Source: Candidatus Dojkabacteria bacterium
Lineage (GTDB): Bacteria; Patescibacteriota; Dojkabacteria; SC72
NCBI GenBank assembly: GCA_012842045.1
Contig: DUTP01000003.1
Location: forward strand, 66,532 to 130,531
Direction of reading: 5' to 3'
DNA length: 64,000 nucleotides
Within the stretch, counting starts at the first letter, position 1, and every line of letters begins with the position of its first letter. Made by a program: the position numbers and the translations under genes. The notes beneath the pieces are model-generated. The model saw only the letters and a list, made by a program, of their open reading frames with translations. It was not told the origin of the DNA and searched no databases. Below are positions 26,610-35,147 of the stretch, piece after piece.

Positions 26610-27185
26610 CTATCTAAACAATGGCAATCCCCAATATATAGTTGCACATATTGCAAATGTTAATAGTGTTCCAACTACTGTTTGTGCCCAAGTATGCTTT
26701 TTAAGTTCTACTCTAGACCATGCAATTAAAGGTGTAAAAAGAAACATTAAAAAGAAATATGGAGAAAAAAGATAGGCTAGAGTACAAAAAAGATATGTAG
26801 AATATGTCATATGGCCACTCATCTTCCAAGCAAATGTAACAATTGTAATGGCTGAAGCTATTGCAAAGAGAGTAAGAGAAACATATGTAACAGTTTCAAT
26901 GTTGTGGCTTCTCAGTATGAAGAAGAGTATACCAAAAAGTACTGTTATTGTTACAAAATAGATAGGTCTTTCCTCTCTCTTTGTTAATTCATAATCTGAG
27001 ACCTTACCTAATTTCTTAAGAAGTAAGTAAACAAGTATAGGTAGGATTATATAGAGACCAGAATAGAGAAATTTTAATTTTAAGGTTAGGGGAGAGAAAA
27101 AGATAGCTAGTACTGGAGCTAGCATCATTGTTACAAAACCATTAAAGATTTCTGATATTACTCTGGCTATTTTTTGTTTATTCAT
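26610..27185 (-). CDS. Integral membrane protein, PAP2-like phosphatase motifs (partial)
   Basis: KMSGHMT (PSGH-like) and SRVELKKHTWAQ (SRx5Hx3[D/Q]) in a 5-6 TM protein. The KX6RP motif is not canonical. Confidence 0.35.
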   Translation of the reverse strand: MNKQKIARVISEIFNGFVTMMLAPVLAIFFSPLTLKLKFLYSGLYIILPILVYLLLKKLGKVSDYELTKREERPIYFVTITVLFGILFFILRSHNIETVTYVSLTLFAIASAITIVTFAWKMSGHMTYSTYLFCTLAYLFSPYFFLMFLFTPLIAWSRVELKKHTWAQTVVGTLLTFAICATIYWGLPLFR

Positions 27186-27227
27186 GAATATAGATTTTTG
27201 TTATTTTATATAAATAAATGATACCAT

Positions 27228-27647
27228 TTAAATTCCAAATAGTTGTTTTCTTACTTCAGTCTCATCCTCCTTACCTAATATTCTCAAATTGCTTTTTGCT
27301 TGAATAAATCTCTCCTGCTCATTATTTAGTATAGATTTATTAAAAACATTTAGTATCTCCTCTTCATTATCATCAGCAGATATCCTATTAGTTGATATAT
27401 CTGCACAAACTTCACACTTATGAACTAACATAATCTCTCCATCTTTTTTGTAAGCTAATGCTATTGGTTCCATCTTACCATGACATTTAGATTCTCTATC
27501 TCCAGGTTTTTTATCATCTAAATGTTTAGAAAAAAGACAGTATGGACAATGGTTTCTATGAAGGGTTCCTATATTTCCACTTTCTTTTACCTTTTTCTTA
27601 CAGTTATCACAAAGAAACATTAGCAAAATCCTTAGAAAATTTATCAT
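27228..27647 (-). CDS. RNHCP-domain protein (zinc-ribbon)
   Basis: Contains the literal RNHCPYC motif plus CDNC...C..C cysteine pairs. Alternative start MFLCDNC at 27620. Overlaps the helD 3' end. Confidence 0.6.
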   Translation of the reverse strand: MINFLRILLMFLCDNCKKKVKESGNIGTLHRNHCPYCLFSKHLDDKKPGDRESKCHGKMEPIALAYKKDGEIMLVHKCEVCADISTNRISADDNEEEILNVFNKSILNNEQERFIQAKSNLRILGKEDETEVRKQLFGI

Positions 27648-29829
27648 TCTTATTTACAAGCACATACAATCTATGTAAAGCTCTTGTTATACCAACATAG
27701 AGGAGTTTGGAACATAGTAGTGTGTCTTCATAATACTTGGAGTTAATATCAGCTAGAATTACCGAGTCAAACTCTAGACCTTTAGCATTCTCTATTGGCA
27801 TGACTAAAACACCTCTCTGGTAATTATTTTCATCATATCTTACAACTTTCTCACCAATCTCATCTGCATAGTTTTTAAGAACATCATATATCTCATTAGC
27901 ATGTTGCCTATCTCTAGCTAAGCAAGCAGATGTGACAGAACCTCTCTTGAAATCATCTTTAAGGATGTTAATAATCTCTTTAATATCATCTTTCTCCATC
28001 TCAGCGAGATCTTTCTCAGCCTTTAAGAATTTCACATCATCACCATGTCTTAGAACAGCTTCAGGTAGTTTGTAAGATTTAGGAAAATGCTTTTTAAAGA
28101 AGGAGTTTGCAAAATCTATTATCTCTACTGTTGTTCTGTAACATTTCTGTAGCTGATGATATTTACATTCTTTTCCTGTAATCTCTTGAACGAGTTTAAT
28201 TACATCATCCCAATCTTTTATGTAGAAGGGGGGAATTATTGATTGTGCTAAATCACCAGCAAGTGTGAGGTTTCCATTCTTTGCAATTTGTGTAAGTGTA
28301 GAAAGCTGTACAAAACTCATATCTTGTGCTTCATCAATCATTACATATCCTCTTTCAAAATCTTTCTTGCCATGGATTTTGAAATGAAGGTATACGATTG
28401 GAGCTAAATCCTCTATTCTGTATGTTCGTACCCTTCTTTTGTGAGTTAATCCATCCAATGAATACTTTGAAATGTCTTTAGGTAGTAAATTGCTTCTAAA
28501 AAGGTTTTTATAGAGAGAATAGGGGTTGCATTTCTTTTTAAAGTATTCTAGGATTTTTTTCTTGGTTTCTTCAATAAACCTTTCTTTCATATTTATCTTG
28601 CCCTCTTTGTACTCGGTAAACTTTCTCTGTGCAAATGCATATTCTGTAGCTAGTGATACTCTTTCAAACATATCAATATCTTTAAAGCCTTCTTTTAGTT
28701 CGTAGTATCTATGAGCAATTGATTCCTTAATATAACTGGGAATGTTTTCAAGTAACTCATGTTCAAAATCTTCAAAATACTTGTCCAAAATGTTTAAGAA
28801 TTCAATAGAACCTTTATACTCTTTATGTTTATCTTCTGGTGCTTCATTAGATACTATGTAATATTTATCCCAATCTAATACTTTTCTGCCCCAGAAAAGG
28901 TATGTTAAGGTCTCAACTTTCCCAACACCCAGATTTGGGAGAACATCTGAGACATAATCGATAAACATTTGGTTAGGAGCAATTATTAGAGAGTTTTTAT
29001 CATTAATCTCCTCTGAGTATGTATAGAAAAGGTATGCTAATCTATGAAGTAGGATAGTTGTTTTTCCACTCCCTGCTACTCCTTGGATTAATATCGGTTC
29101 ATTTATATTTCCTCTAATAATTTCGTTTTGTTGTGCTTGGATTGTTGAGACAATATCTTGTAACTTTTTCCCAATTCTCTCTTGTAGCTGTGCTAAGAGG
29201 AATTCATCTGCAGCAACATTGCCAGATTTTGCATCGTAAATACCTCTAATTCTACCTTTTGATATTTGAAACTGCCTTTTCTGTTTTAGGTTACCAAATC
29301 TCTCACCTACTGGAGCTAAGAATGAGACATTCTCTCTTGGTCCTGAGTTTTGGTAATAGATATTTGCAATAGGGGATCTCCAGTCTGTAATTAATGGGAT
29401 ATGTGTTTGCTCATCTACTAATGCAAATTTCCCTATATACAGTTCTAAATCTTTCTTAGTAATACTTTCCTTTGGCTGAAATACAATCTTCCCAAAGTAA
29501 GGGGAATCTAATGTTATTAACTCATTATTAATCCTGTCTACAATTCTTTCTATCTCTGTAAGGATTTTGTTGTAAATACTTTTAGCTTCCTTCTTAGCAT
29601 CCAAATCGCTCTCAGAATCGATCACGTCAATTTGTCTCTCTAGTTCTTCTTCTAGTCTTTGTAAGATCGGAAAAAGCTTATCTATCTCTTTTTTGGTAAT
29701 TAGAGTGATTTTTTCTAGATGGGGATATTCTGTCTTTTCTACATCATCCTTTGGTTTAATATCACTGAAATCCGCTATATCTTCAAGGTCCTTGTATAAA
29801 GGGTCGATATATTTTATAAATCTTTGCAT
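27607..29829 (-). CDS. helD: UvrD/Rep-superfamily helicase, HelD (helicase IV)-like
   Basis: Walker A GVAGSGKTTILLHR, UvrD motifs, C-terminal LLYVGITRALHRLYVL (motif VI). Confidence 0.75.
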   Translation of the reverse strand: MQRFIKYIDPLYKDLEDIADFSDIKPKDDVEKTEYPHLEKITLITKKEIDKLFPILQRLEEELERQIDVIDSESDLDAKKEAKSIYNKILTEIERIVDRINNELITLDSPYFGKIVFQPKESITKKDLELYIGKFALVDEQTHIPLITDWRSPIANIYYQNSGPRENVSFLAPVGERFGNLKQKRQFQISKGRIRGIYDAKSGNVAADEFLLAQLQERIGKKLQDIVSTIQAQQNEIIRGNINEPILIQGVAGSGKTTILLHRLAYLFYTYSEEINDKNSLIIAPNQMFIDYVSDVLPNLGVGKVETLTYLFWGRKVLDWDKYYIVSNEAPEDKHKEYKGSIEFLNILDKYFEDFEHELLENIPSYIKESIAHRYYELKEGFKDIDMFERVSLATEYAFAQRKFTEYKEGKINMKERFIEETKKKILEYFKKKCNPYSLYKNLFRSNLLPKDISKYSLDGLTHKRRVRTYRIEDLAPIVYLHFKIHGKKDFERGYVMIDEAQDMSFVQLSTLTQIAKNGNLTLAGDLAQSIIPPFYIKDWDDVIKLVQEITGKECKYHQLQKCYRTTVEIIDFANSFFKKHFPKSYKLPEAVLRHGDDVKFLKAEKDLAEMEKDDIKEIINILKDDFKRGSVTSACLARDRQHANEIYDVLKNYADEIGEKVVRYDENNYQRGVLVMPIENAKGLEFDSVILADINSKYYEDTLLCSKLLYVGITRALHRLYVLVNKNDKFSKDFANVSL

Positions 29830-29928
29830 TGAAAGTAGTGCAAATTTATGGCAAAGTGCATATTATCACAGTCCCTAGCTTTTGTCAAATGCAAAATTAG
29901 TGTATTATTAATTATTATGAATTCACAG

Positions 29929-30477
29929 ATGAAATTTTTAATATCATTAGTTGCTATAGTAGGACTTTTCTTTTTCCTTCAAGAAAAATTTCATTTTTTG
30001 GACATCTCTATTACTCAAAATACAAAAGAGGAATATCGAGAAGAAGAGAAAGAGGAGGATGGGAACAATCAGAGTCATGAAAAAAGTTATGTAGAAATAT
30101 ATACAAGAGAAGGTAATGTAATTAAAGTTAATACAGATATTGCAAAAAGTCCTCAAGAGAGGACTCTAGGTTTATCACACAGAAAATATATTGGTAGTTA
30201 TGATGGTATGTGGTTTATATTCGAGGAAGATACTGAAGGTGGTTTCTGGATGAAAGATATGCTTATTCCTCTTGATATTATCTTTGTGGATTCCTCAGGG
30301 TTCATTGTTGATATAAAAGAAAGTCAACAGATATGTAGTGATGATTTCTGTCCAACTATTAAATCTTCTAAACCATATAGATATGTTTTAGAGGTAAATG
30401 CTAATTTTTGTAAAGAAAATGGTATTACAATAGGTGATAGTATTAAATCGGGCATAAATAATGAAGATAATGTATAA
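29929..30477 (+). CDS. DUF192-domain secreted protein
   Basis: Signal peptide MKFLISLVAIVGLFFF. GLSHRKYIGSYDGMWFIF...MKDMLIPLDIIFVD matches the DUF192/COG1430 core. Start chosen at an internal Met. Confidence 0.55.
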   Translation: MKFLISLVAIVGLFFFLQEKFHFLDISITQNTKEEYREEEKEEDGNNQSHEKSYVEIYTREGNVIKVNTDIAKSPQERTLGLSHRKYIGSYDGMWFIFEEDTEGGFWMKDMLIPLDIIFVDSSGFIVDIKESQQICSDDFCPTIKSSKPYRYVLEVNANFCKENGITIGDSIKSGINNEDNV

Positions 30478-30486
30478 TGCTCAAGT

Positions 30487-31122
30487 ATGATTAATTCCTT
30501 AGTTGAATGGTTAGTAAATTTAATAGGTAATATGGGATATTTGGGAGTAGGACTCTCTATGTTTATAGAAAGCTTCTTTGCACCTATCCCCAGTGAAATG
30601 ATTCTTCCTTTTTCAGGATTTGTAGCATCTCAAGGTAAACTGCATATAGTTTGGGTAATAATTGTTGCTACTTTTGCTGCATATTTAGGATCTTTACCAT
30701 TTTATTTGATAGGGAAGTGGGGGAAAGATGGTATTACAAAGTTTTTAGAGAAGTATGGTAAATATCTTTTTCTTACAAAAACAGATATAGATAAGGGATT
30801 TGATGCTTTTGAAAAGCATGGTAACAAGATTGTATTAATTGGAAGAGTTATTCCAATAGTAAGAACAGTTGTTTCCTTCCCTGCAGGTGTAGCTAAAATG
30901 AATTTTTGGCTATTCTCTGCATACACTTTAGTTGGTACAGCTGTTTGGTCAACCCTTTTGGGTGTTGGTGGTTATTTCCTAGGCTCAAATTGGGAAGAGG
31001 TTTCAGTATATGTGGGGAAATATGAAAAAGTAATTATGGCAATTCTGATAATTGGAGTAATTCTTTATATTACTAGAGGGATCATAAACATTAGGAAGGA
31101 AAGAAAATCAGGGAGTAAATAA
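30487..31122 (+). CDS. DedA/TVP38 family membrane protein (second copy)
   Basis: GYLGVGLSMFIESFFAPIPSEMILPFSGF DedA N-terminal signature. Confidence 0.7.
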   Translation: MINSLVEWLVNLIGNMGYLGVGLSMFIESFFAPIPSEMILPFSGFVASQGKLHIVWVIIVATFAAYLGSLPFYLIGKWGKDGITKFLEKYGKYLFLTKTDIDKGFDAFEKHGNKIVLIGRVIPIVRTVVSFPAGVAKMNFWLFSAYTLVGTAVWSTLLGVGGYFLGSNWEEVSVYVGKYEKVIMAILIIGVILYITRGIINIRKERKSGSK

Positions 31123-32634
31123 TACTTTTCCAGTCATTTCACTAGGTACAGGTATTCCCATTAAAGTTAATATTGTTGGTGCAATGTCTCTTAGAGCGCC
31201 ATACTCTAATCTTTGAGCTCTAAATCCTTGTCCTGCAATAATAAGAGGAACTGGATTGATAGAGTGTTCTGTTCCAATCTCTCCACTTTGTGGGTCTATC
31301 ATCTCTTCTACGTTTCCATGATCAGCCGTAATCACTACTACACCACCTTTTAATGTAAAATTCTTAACTAACTCTTTTACACAAAAATCAACAACTTTCA
31401 CAGCTTTAATACTGGCTTCTAGATTACCTGTATGTCCAACCATATCGGTATTTGCAAAATTAACAACAGTAAAGTCATACATATCTCTATTAATTCTGTC
31501 TAAAAGAATGGTGGTAATTTCTAATGCACTCATCTCTGGCTTTTGATCATATGTTGGTACTTTAGGTGAAGGTACGATAATCCTGTCTTCTCTATCGTAT
31601 ATTATAGAAGAACCACCGTTAAAGAAGTACGTAACGTGTGGGAACTTCTCTGTTTCAGATATTCTAAGCTGAGATTTTTGTGCGGTATCGATAACGTTCC
31701 CCAATGTTAGATTAACATATTGCTTTGGGAAGATGACTTTCTGAGGAAAATTTCGCCTGTATTCAACCATTGATGCTACAAAGAGATTCTTTTTCTTTTT
31801 TCTGTAAAAAGCTGAAAAATTATCTTCTACTAAGGCTTCTGTTAATTGAATCATCCTATCAGCCCTAAAATTCATTAACAAAACAACATCATTATCTTCT
31901 ATTTTACTTTTGTTAATAACTGCAGGCTCTAAAAATTCATCCGTAATACCCTGAGAGTAATTATGTTCTATCGCTGAATATGCAGTAGGGAATTGTTGTC
32001 CAAGATTTTTTTCTAGTAAGAAATATGCCCTTTCTGTTCTCTCCCATTTAGTATTCCTATCCATAGCATAGTACCTGCCAATTATTGTCCCTATTCTTCC
32101 CATTCCTCTATCTAAACAGTATTTGTCAAATTTTGATAAATAAGTCATCGCTGAATTGGGGGGAGTATCTCTTCCGTCCGTAAAAGCATGAATGAAGACA
32201 TGATTTTGGAAGTTGTTTTTTGAGAAGAAATCTATAACTGCTTCAAAATGTTTAATATGTGAATGTACAGCACCATCACTAAGTAAACCAACTAAATGAA
32301 TATTTCCTCCATATTTAACAGCATGAGCATATGCTTCTTTTAGTGTTTGATTCTCGAATATAACTCCCTTATCTATAGAGTTGTTAATTCTTGGAAGATT
32401 TTGATATATAGTTCTGCCTGCTCCTATGTTTAAATGGCCTACTTCACTGTTTCCTTTTGTATTTTTAGGAAGGCCAACATCTTCCCCAGATGCAATTAGA
32501 TATCCGTGTGGGGATGTGCTCCAAAGGGAAGAGAGGTTGTTAGGTTCTGCTAATACAACAGCATTTCCGTTACTAGCAGGAGCGGCTCCGAGACCATCTA
32601 AAATTATTAATAATACTTTTCTCTTTTCACTCAT
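31108..32634 (-). CDS. gpmI: 2,3-bisphosphoglycerate-independent phosphoglycerate mutase
   Basis: N-terminal [17 protein letters not shown], and GHTGN metal-binding motifs of iPGM. Confidence 0.9.
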   Translation of the reverse strand: MSEKRKVLLIILDGLGAAPASNGNAVVLAEPNNLSSLWSTSPHGYLIASGEDVGLPKNTKGNSEVGHLNIGAGRTIYQNLPRINNSIDKGVIFENQTLKEAYAHAVKYGGNIHLVGLLSDGAVHSHIKHFEAVIDFFSKNNFQNHVFIHAFTDGRDTPPNSAMTYLSKFDKYCLDRGMGRIGTIIGRYYAMDRNTKWERTERAYFLLEKNLGQQFPTAYSAIEHNYSQGITDEFLEPAVINKSKIEDNDVVLLMNFRADRMIQLTEALVEDNFSAFYRKKKKNLFVASMVEYRRNFPQKVIFPKQYVNLTLGNVIDTAQKSQLRISETEKFPHVTYFFNGGSSIIYDREDRIIVPSPKVPTYDQKPEMSALEITTILLDRINRDMYDFTVVNFANTDMVGHTGNLEASIKAVKVVDFCVKELVKNFTLKGGVVVITADHGNVEEMIDPQSGEIGTEHSINPVPLIIAGQGFRAQRLEYGALRDIAPTILTLMGIPVPSEMTGKVLFTP

Positions 32635-32725
32635 AGGCAGTAATCTAAGTATATTGTGGCATATTTTTCAAATTTATTCTATAATCACATCTGAACAACA
32701 AATTATATTTTTAAATCAAGTCATT

Positions 32726-33235
32726 ATGGATAGCAAAATAATAAAGAAAATTGAAGAGGGTTCAATTAAAAAAAGACCAGATGTAAAAGTAGGTGATACT
32801 GTAAAGCTACACCTTAAGATTAAGGAAGGAGCTAAGGAGAGGATTCAGGTGTTTGAGGGAGTAGTTATTTCGATTAAGGGTTCAGGATTAAATAAGAACT
32901 ATGTTGTAAGGAAAATTTCTTACGGAGTCGGTGTTGAAAAGATTGTTCCTGTTCATTCACCTGTACTTGCAAAGGTAGAGGTTGTTAAGAGAGGATCTGT
33001 TAGAAGAGCAAAATTATTCTATCTAAGAGATAGGGTAGGTAGAAGAGCTTTGAAGGTCAGTAATATGGAAGATATTTATATGACGGATGAAGAAGAGGAA
33101 GAGGTTGGAGAAGAAGCTAAGGAGGAAGTTGAGGTCGTTAAAGAGGATATTGTAGGGGAGAAGAAAGAAGATGTAAAAGAAGAGGAGATCAAGGAAGAGA
33201 CCGAAGAAGAAGTTGAGAAAGAAGATGTAAAATAA
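32726..33235 (+). CDS. rplS: 50S ribosomal protein L19 with a ~60-aa E/K-rich C-terminal extension
   Basis: Core [31 protein letters not shown]...[16 protein letters not shown] is L19. Start at the internal ATG 32726; the upstream part of the ORF overlaps gpmI antisense. The tail [20 protein letters not shown]... is low-complexity. Confidence 0.85.
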   Translation: MDSKIIKKIEEGSIKKRPDVKVGDTVKLHLKIKEGAKERIQVFEGVVISIKGSGLNKNYVVRKISYGVGVEKIVPVHSPVLAKVEVVKRGSVRRAKLFYLRDRVGRRALKVSNMEDIYMTDEEEEEVGEEAKEEVEVVKEDIVGEKKEDVKEEEIKEETEEEVEKEDVK

Positions 33236-33240
33236 CTACT

Positions 33241-33313
33241 GCAGGGGTAGTTCAATGGTTAGAATATCTGTTTTCCAAACAGAGGGTTGCGGGTTCGAGT
33301 CCCGTCCCCTGCT
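33241..33313 (+). tRNA. tRNA-Gly (anticodon TCC), no encoded CCA
   Basis: GCAGGGGTAGTTCAATGGTTAGAATATCTGTTTTCCAAACAGAGGGTTGCGGGTTCGAGTCCCGTCCCCTGCT. Anticodon stem TCTGT/ACAGA with loop TTTCCAA. Confidence 0.85.
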
Positions 33314-33379
33314 TTTTCTATCTAGAAGAGTTATTATTCCACCTACTAATTATCCACAATTTGTAATATAATTGGACAT

Positions 33380-33931
33380 ATGAAAAATGTTGATGTACCA
33401 CTTTGGGACAGGGGTGATGATACCGATAATTACAGAAAAGGGGGAGTAAGTTCAAGTCAGAAAACCTTTTCTCGGATTGAGGAAGCTGATAAAAATATCA
33501 AGTCTGCTTTTAAACTGGCAATAGGAAGAAAACCAACATCAAGAGAGAGTGCATACTACAGAATTAGTAAAGCAGAGAAAAACGATATCCTTCTTAAGTT
33601 GATAAATACAGAAGAACATAAAGAATTAATATCAAATGGTAGAAAGTATCCTGATATAGTTAAGGAAAAAAAGATTTTAGAAACAAATGTACTAAAGCTA
33701 AAAAGTAATATAGACGACTTTCATGGTGAATATGAACAACTAAAAAAGCTTTTAGAGCAGAAAAATCTGTTAATCAAGGAGTTAAGAGAACAGAAAGGAA
33801 GACCGTACCTAACTAATAAGAGTTTAATAGAAACATCTGACTACTATGAGAGAAAAGCCGCAGAGAGAAGATATCGGGAGGATAAAGAAGATTCTTTTTG
33901 GGATAAAATATTAAAAATATTTTTTAAATAA
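33380..33931 (+). CDS. Hypothetical coiled-coil protein (183 aa)
   Basis: K/E-rich heptad-like region (LKLKSNIDDFHGEYEQLKKLLEQKNLLIKELREQ). Its stop abuts the start of the HTH gene. Confidence 0.35.
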   Translation: MKNVDVPLWDRGDDTDNYRKGGVSSSQKTFSRIEEADKNIKSAFKLAIGRKPTSRESAYYRISKAEKNDILLKLINTEEHKELISNGRKYPDIVKEKKILETNVLKLKSNIDDFHGEYEQLKKLLEQKNLLIKELREQKGRPYLTNKSLIETSDYYERKAAERRYREDKEDSFWDKILKIFFK

Positions 33932-34135
33932 ATGACACCAAAGATATTGGGAAGTAGAATCAGGAAAGAGAGGGAGAAGAAGGGGTATACCCAGAGAGAA
34001 TTAGCTATGAGAGTAGGGTTATCAGACAAATCTATTAGTCTTTATGAGAAAGGTGTATCCTATCCCCCAATAAGGAATCTACTTGTGATTTGTAAAGAAT
34101 TAGATATAACAATTGGAGAGATTCTCAGTACTTAG
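33932..34135 (+). CDS. XRE-family helix-turn-helix transcriptional regulator (67 aa)
   Basis: GYTQRELAMRVGLSDKSISLYEKG is an HTH_3 signature. Confidence 0.65.
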   Translation: MTPKILGSRIRKEREKKGYTQRELAMRVGLSDKSISLYEKGVSYPPIRNLLVICKELDITIGEILST

Positions 34136-34734
34136 AAATCTGGTGTTAACCAATCCTTCGCTTTTTTAGCATACTTCTTAATGAGTAAAACAGCCCCAAA
34201 TATAAGTCCACCAAAAACCAATAAGGTAGATACAATCAATATGATTTGTTGCGTCTTATATTGTTCGGTAATAGGCTGTGCTACAAGAGAACGATCAAAA
34301 TAAATGTCAGCATCAACAGTATTTGTATAGTTCGTATCATGTTGCCATGAAATTGTAGAAACGGATAAGTTGTGATGTCCTTCTTTTAAAGGTTTTATAG
34401 TTGCTTTTACAGAGTAAGTTATTCCTTTCTGCATTGAAACAAATTCTTTATGTTTGGGATACACTTTTAATGTTGCTGGGATATTCCAAACAATCTGTGT
34501 TCTTGGGGTGTCTATCAATGGTGTAATCTCTAGTATATAAGAAACTTTCTTAGTTAGTGGTGATTGCCCAGCATTAATAAGATTTAATTCAAAAAACTTT
34601 GCAACAGTTTTTGTATCAACAATCTCTTCTTTTTCACTTTCATTAGTTAGTTCATATTGCTCATCCTTTTGTGCATATGCAACAGAATTAAATAGGAGAA
34701 GTAATATGAAAAACCCTATTATTAATTTTTTCAT
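34132..34734 (-). CDS. Secreted protein with C-terminal TM anchor, hypothetical
   Basis: Signal peptide MKKLIIGFFILLLLFNSVAYA, a beta-rich body, and a C-terminal hydrophobic segment plus KKYAKKAK. Confidence 0.35.
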   Translation of the reverse strand: MKKLIIGFFILLLLFNSVAYAQKDEQYELTNESEKEEIVDTKTVAKFFELNLINAGQSPLTKKVSYILEITPLIDTPRTQIVWNIPATLKVYPKHKEFVSMQKGITYSVKATIKPLKEGHHNLSVSTISWQHDTNYTNTVDADIYFDRSLVAQPITEQYKTQQIILIVSTLLVFGGLIFGAVLLIKKYAKKAKDWLTPDF

Positions 34735-35147
34735 TTTAATATTCTTTCAACACTTAATTTATATGTATTATACAATTCTATTCCTTCACTTGCATCTATT
34801 TCATAATCATCATGTACAACCTTATTCCTAATTTTGTGTGCTTCCCATATATTGTTGTATTCTTTCTTTTTAAACAGGAAACCAGCTTTCTTTAAATTAT
34901 CACCACATAAATCTTTGTTACCAAAATAAATCTGTAGTGATTTTGAAAGTAGGTTATCTAACTTAACAACAGTATCTCTTCTGATAGCACCGTCTAAACT
35001 GTGCATTCCCATCTCCAGTTCCTTTAGTTTGTCATACATCTCATTTTTCTTACTTTTATCAATCTTTTTGTTAGCCAGAGAAACAACAATAAAAAGGATA
35101 GATATGAGTGCGAGTATAACAATTGTTATGATGACTGTTGGTTCCAT
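34731..35147 (-). CDS. N-terminally membrane-anchored small protein with an Rx4H (HEPN-like) motif, hypothetical
   Basis: N-terminal TM. AHKIRNKVVHDDYEI contains R-x4-H. The HEPN assignment is speculative. Confidence 0.3.
   Translation of the reverse strand: MEPTVIITIVILALISILFIVVSLANKKIDKSKKNEMYDKLKELEMGMHSLDGAIRRDTVVKLDNLLSKSLQIYFGNKDLCGDNLKKAGFLFKKKEYNNIWEAHKIRNKVVHDDYEIDASEGIELYNTYKLSVERILK

Noticed and set aside
32426-32725. 100-aa N-terminal extension of the rplS ORF
   Set aside because: It is antisense to gpmI coding sequence. L19 homology begins at the internal ATG 32726.
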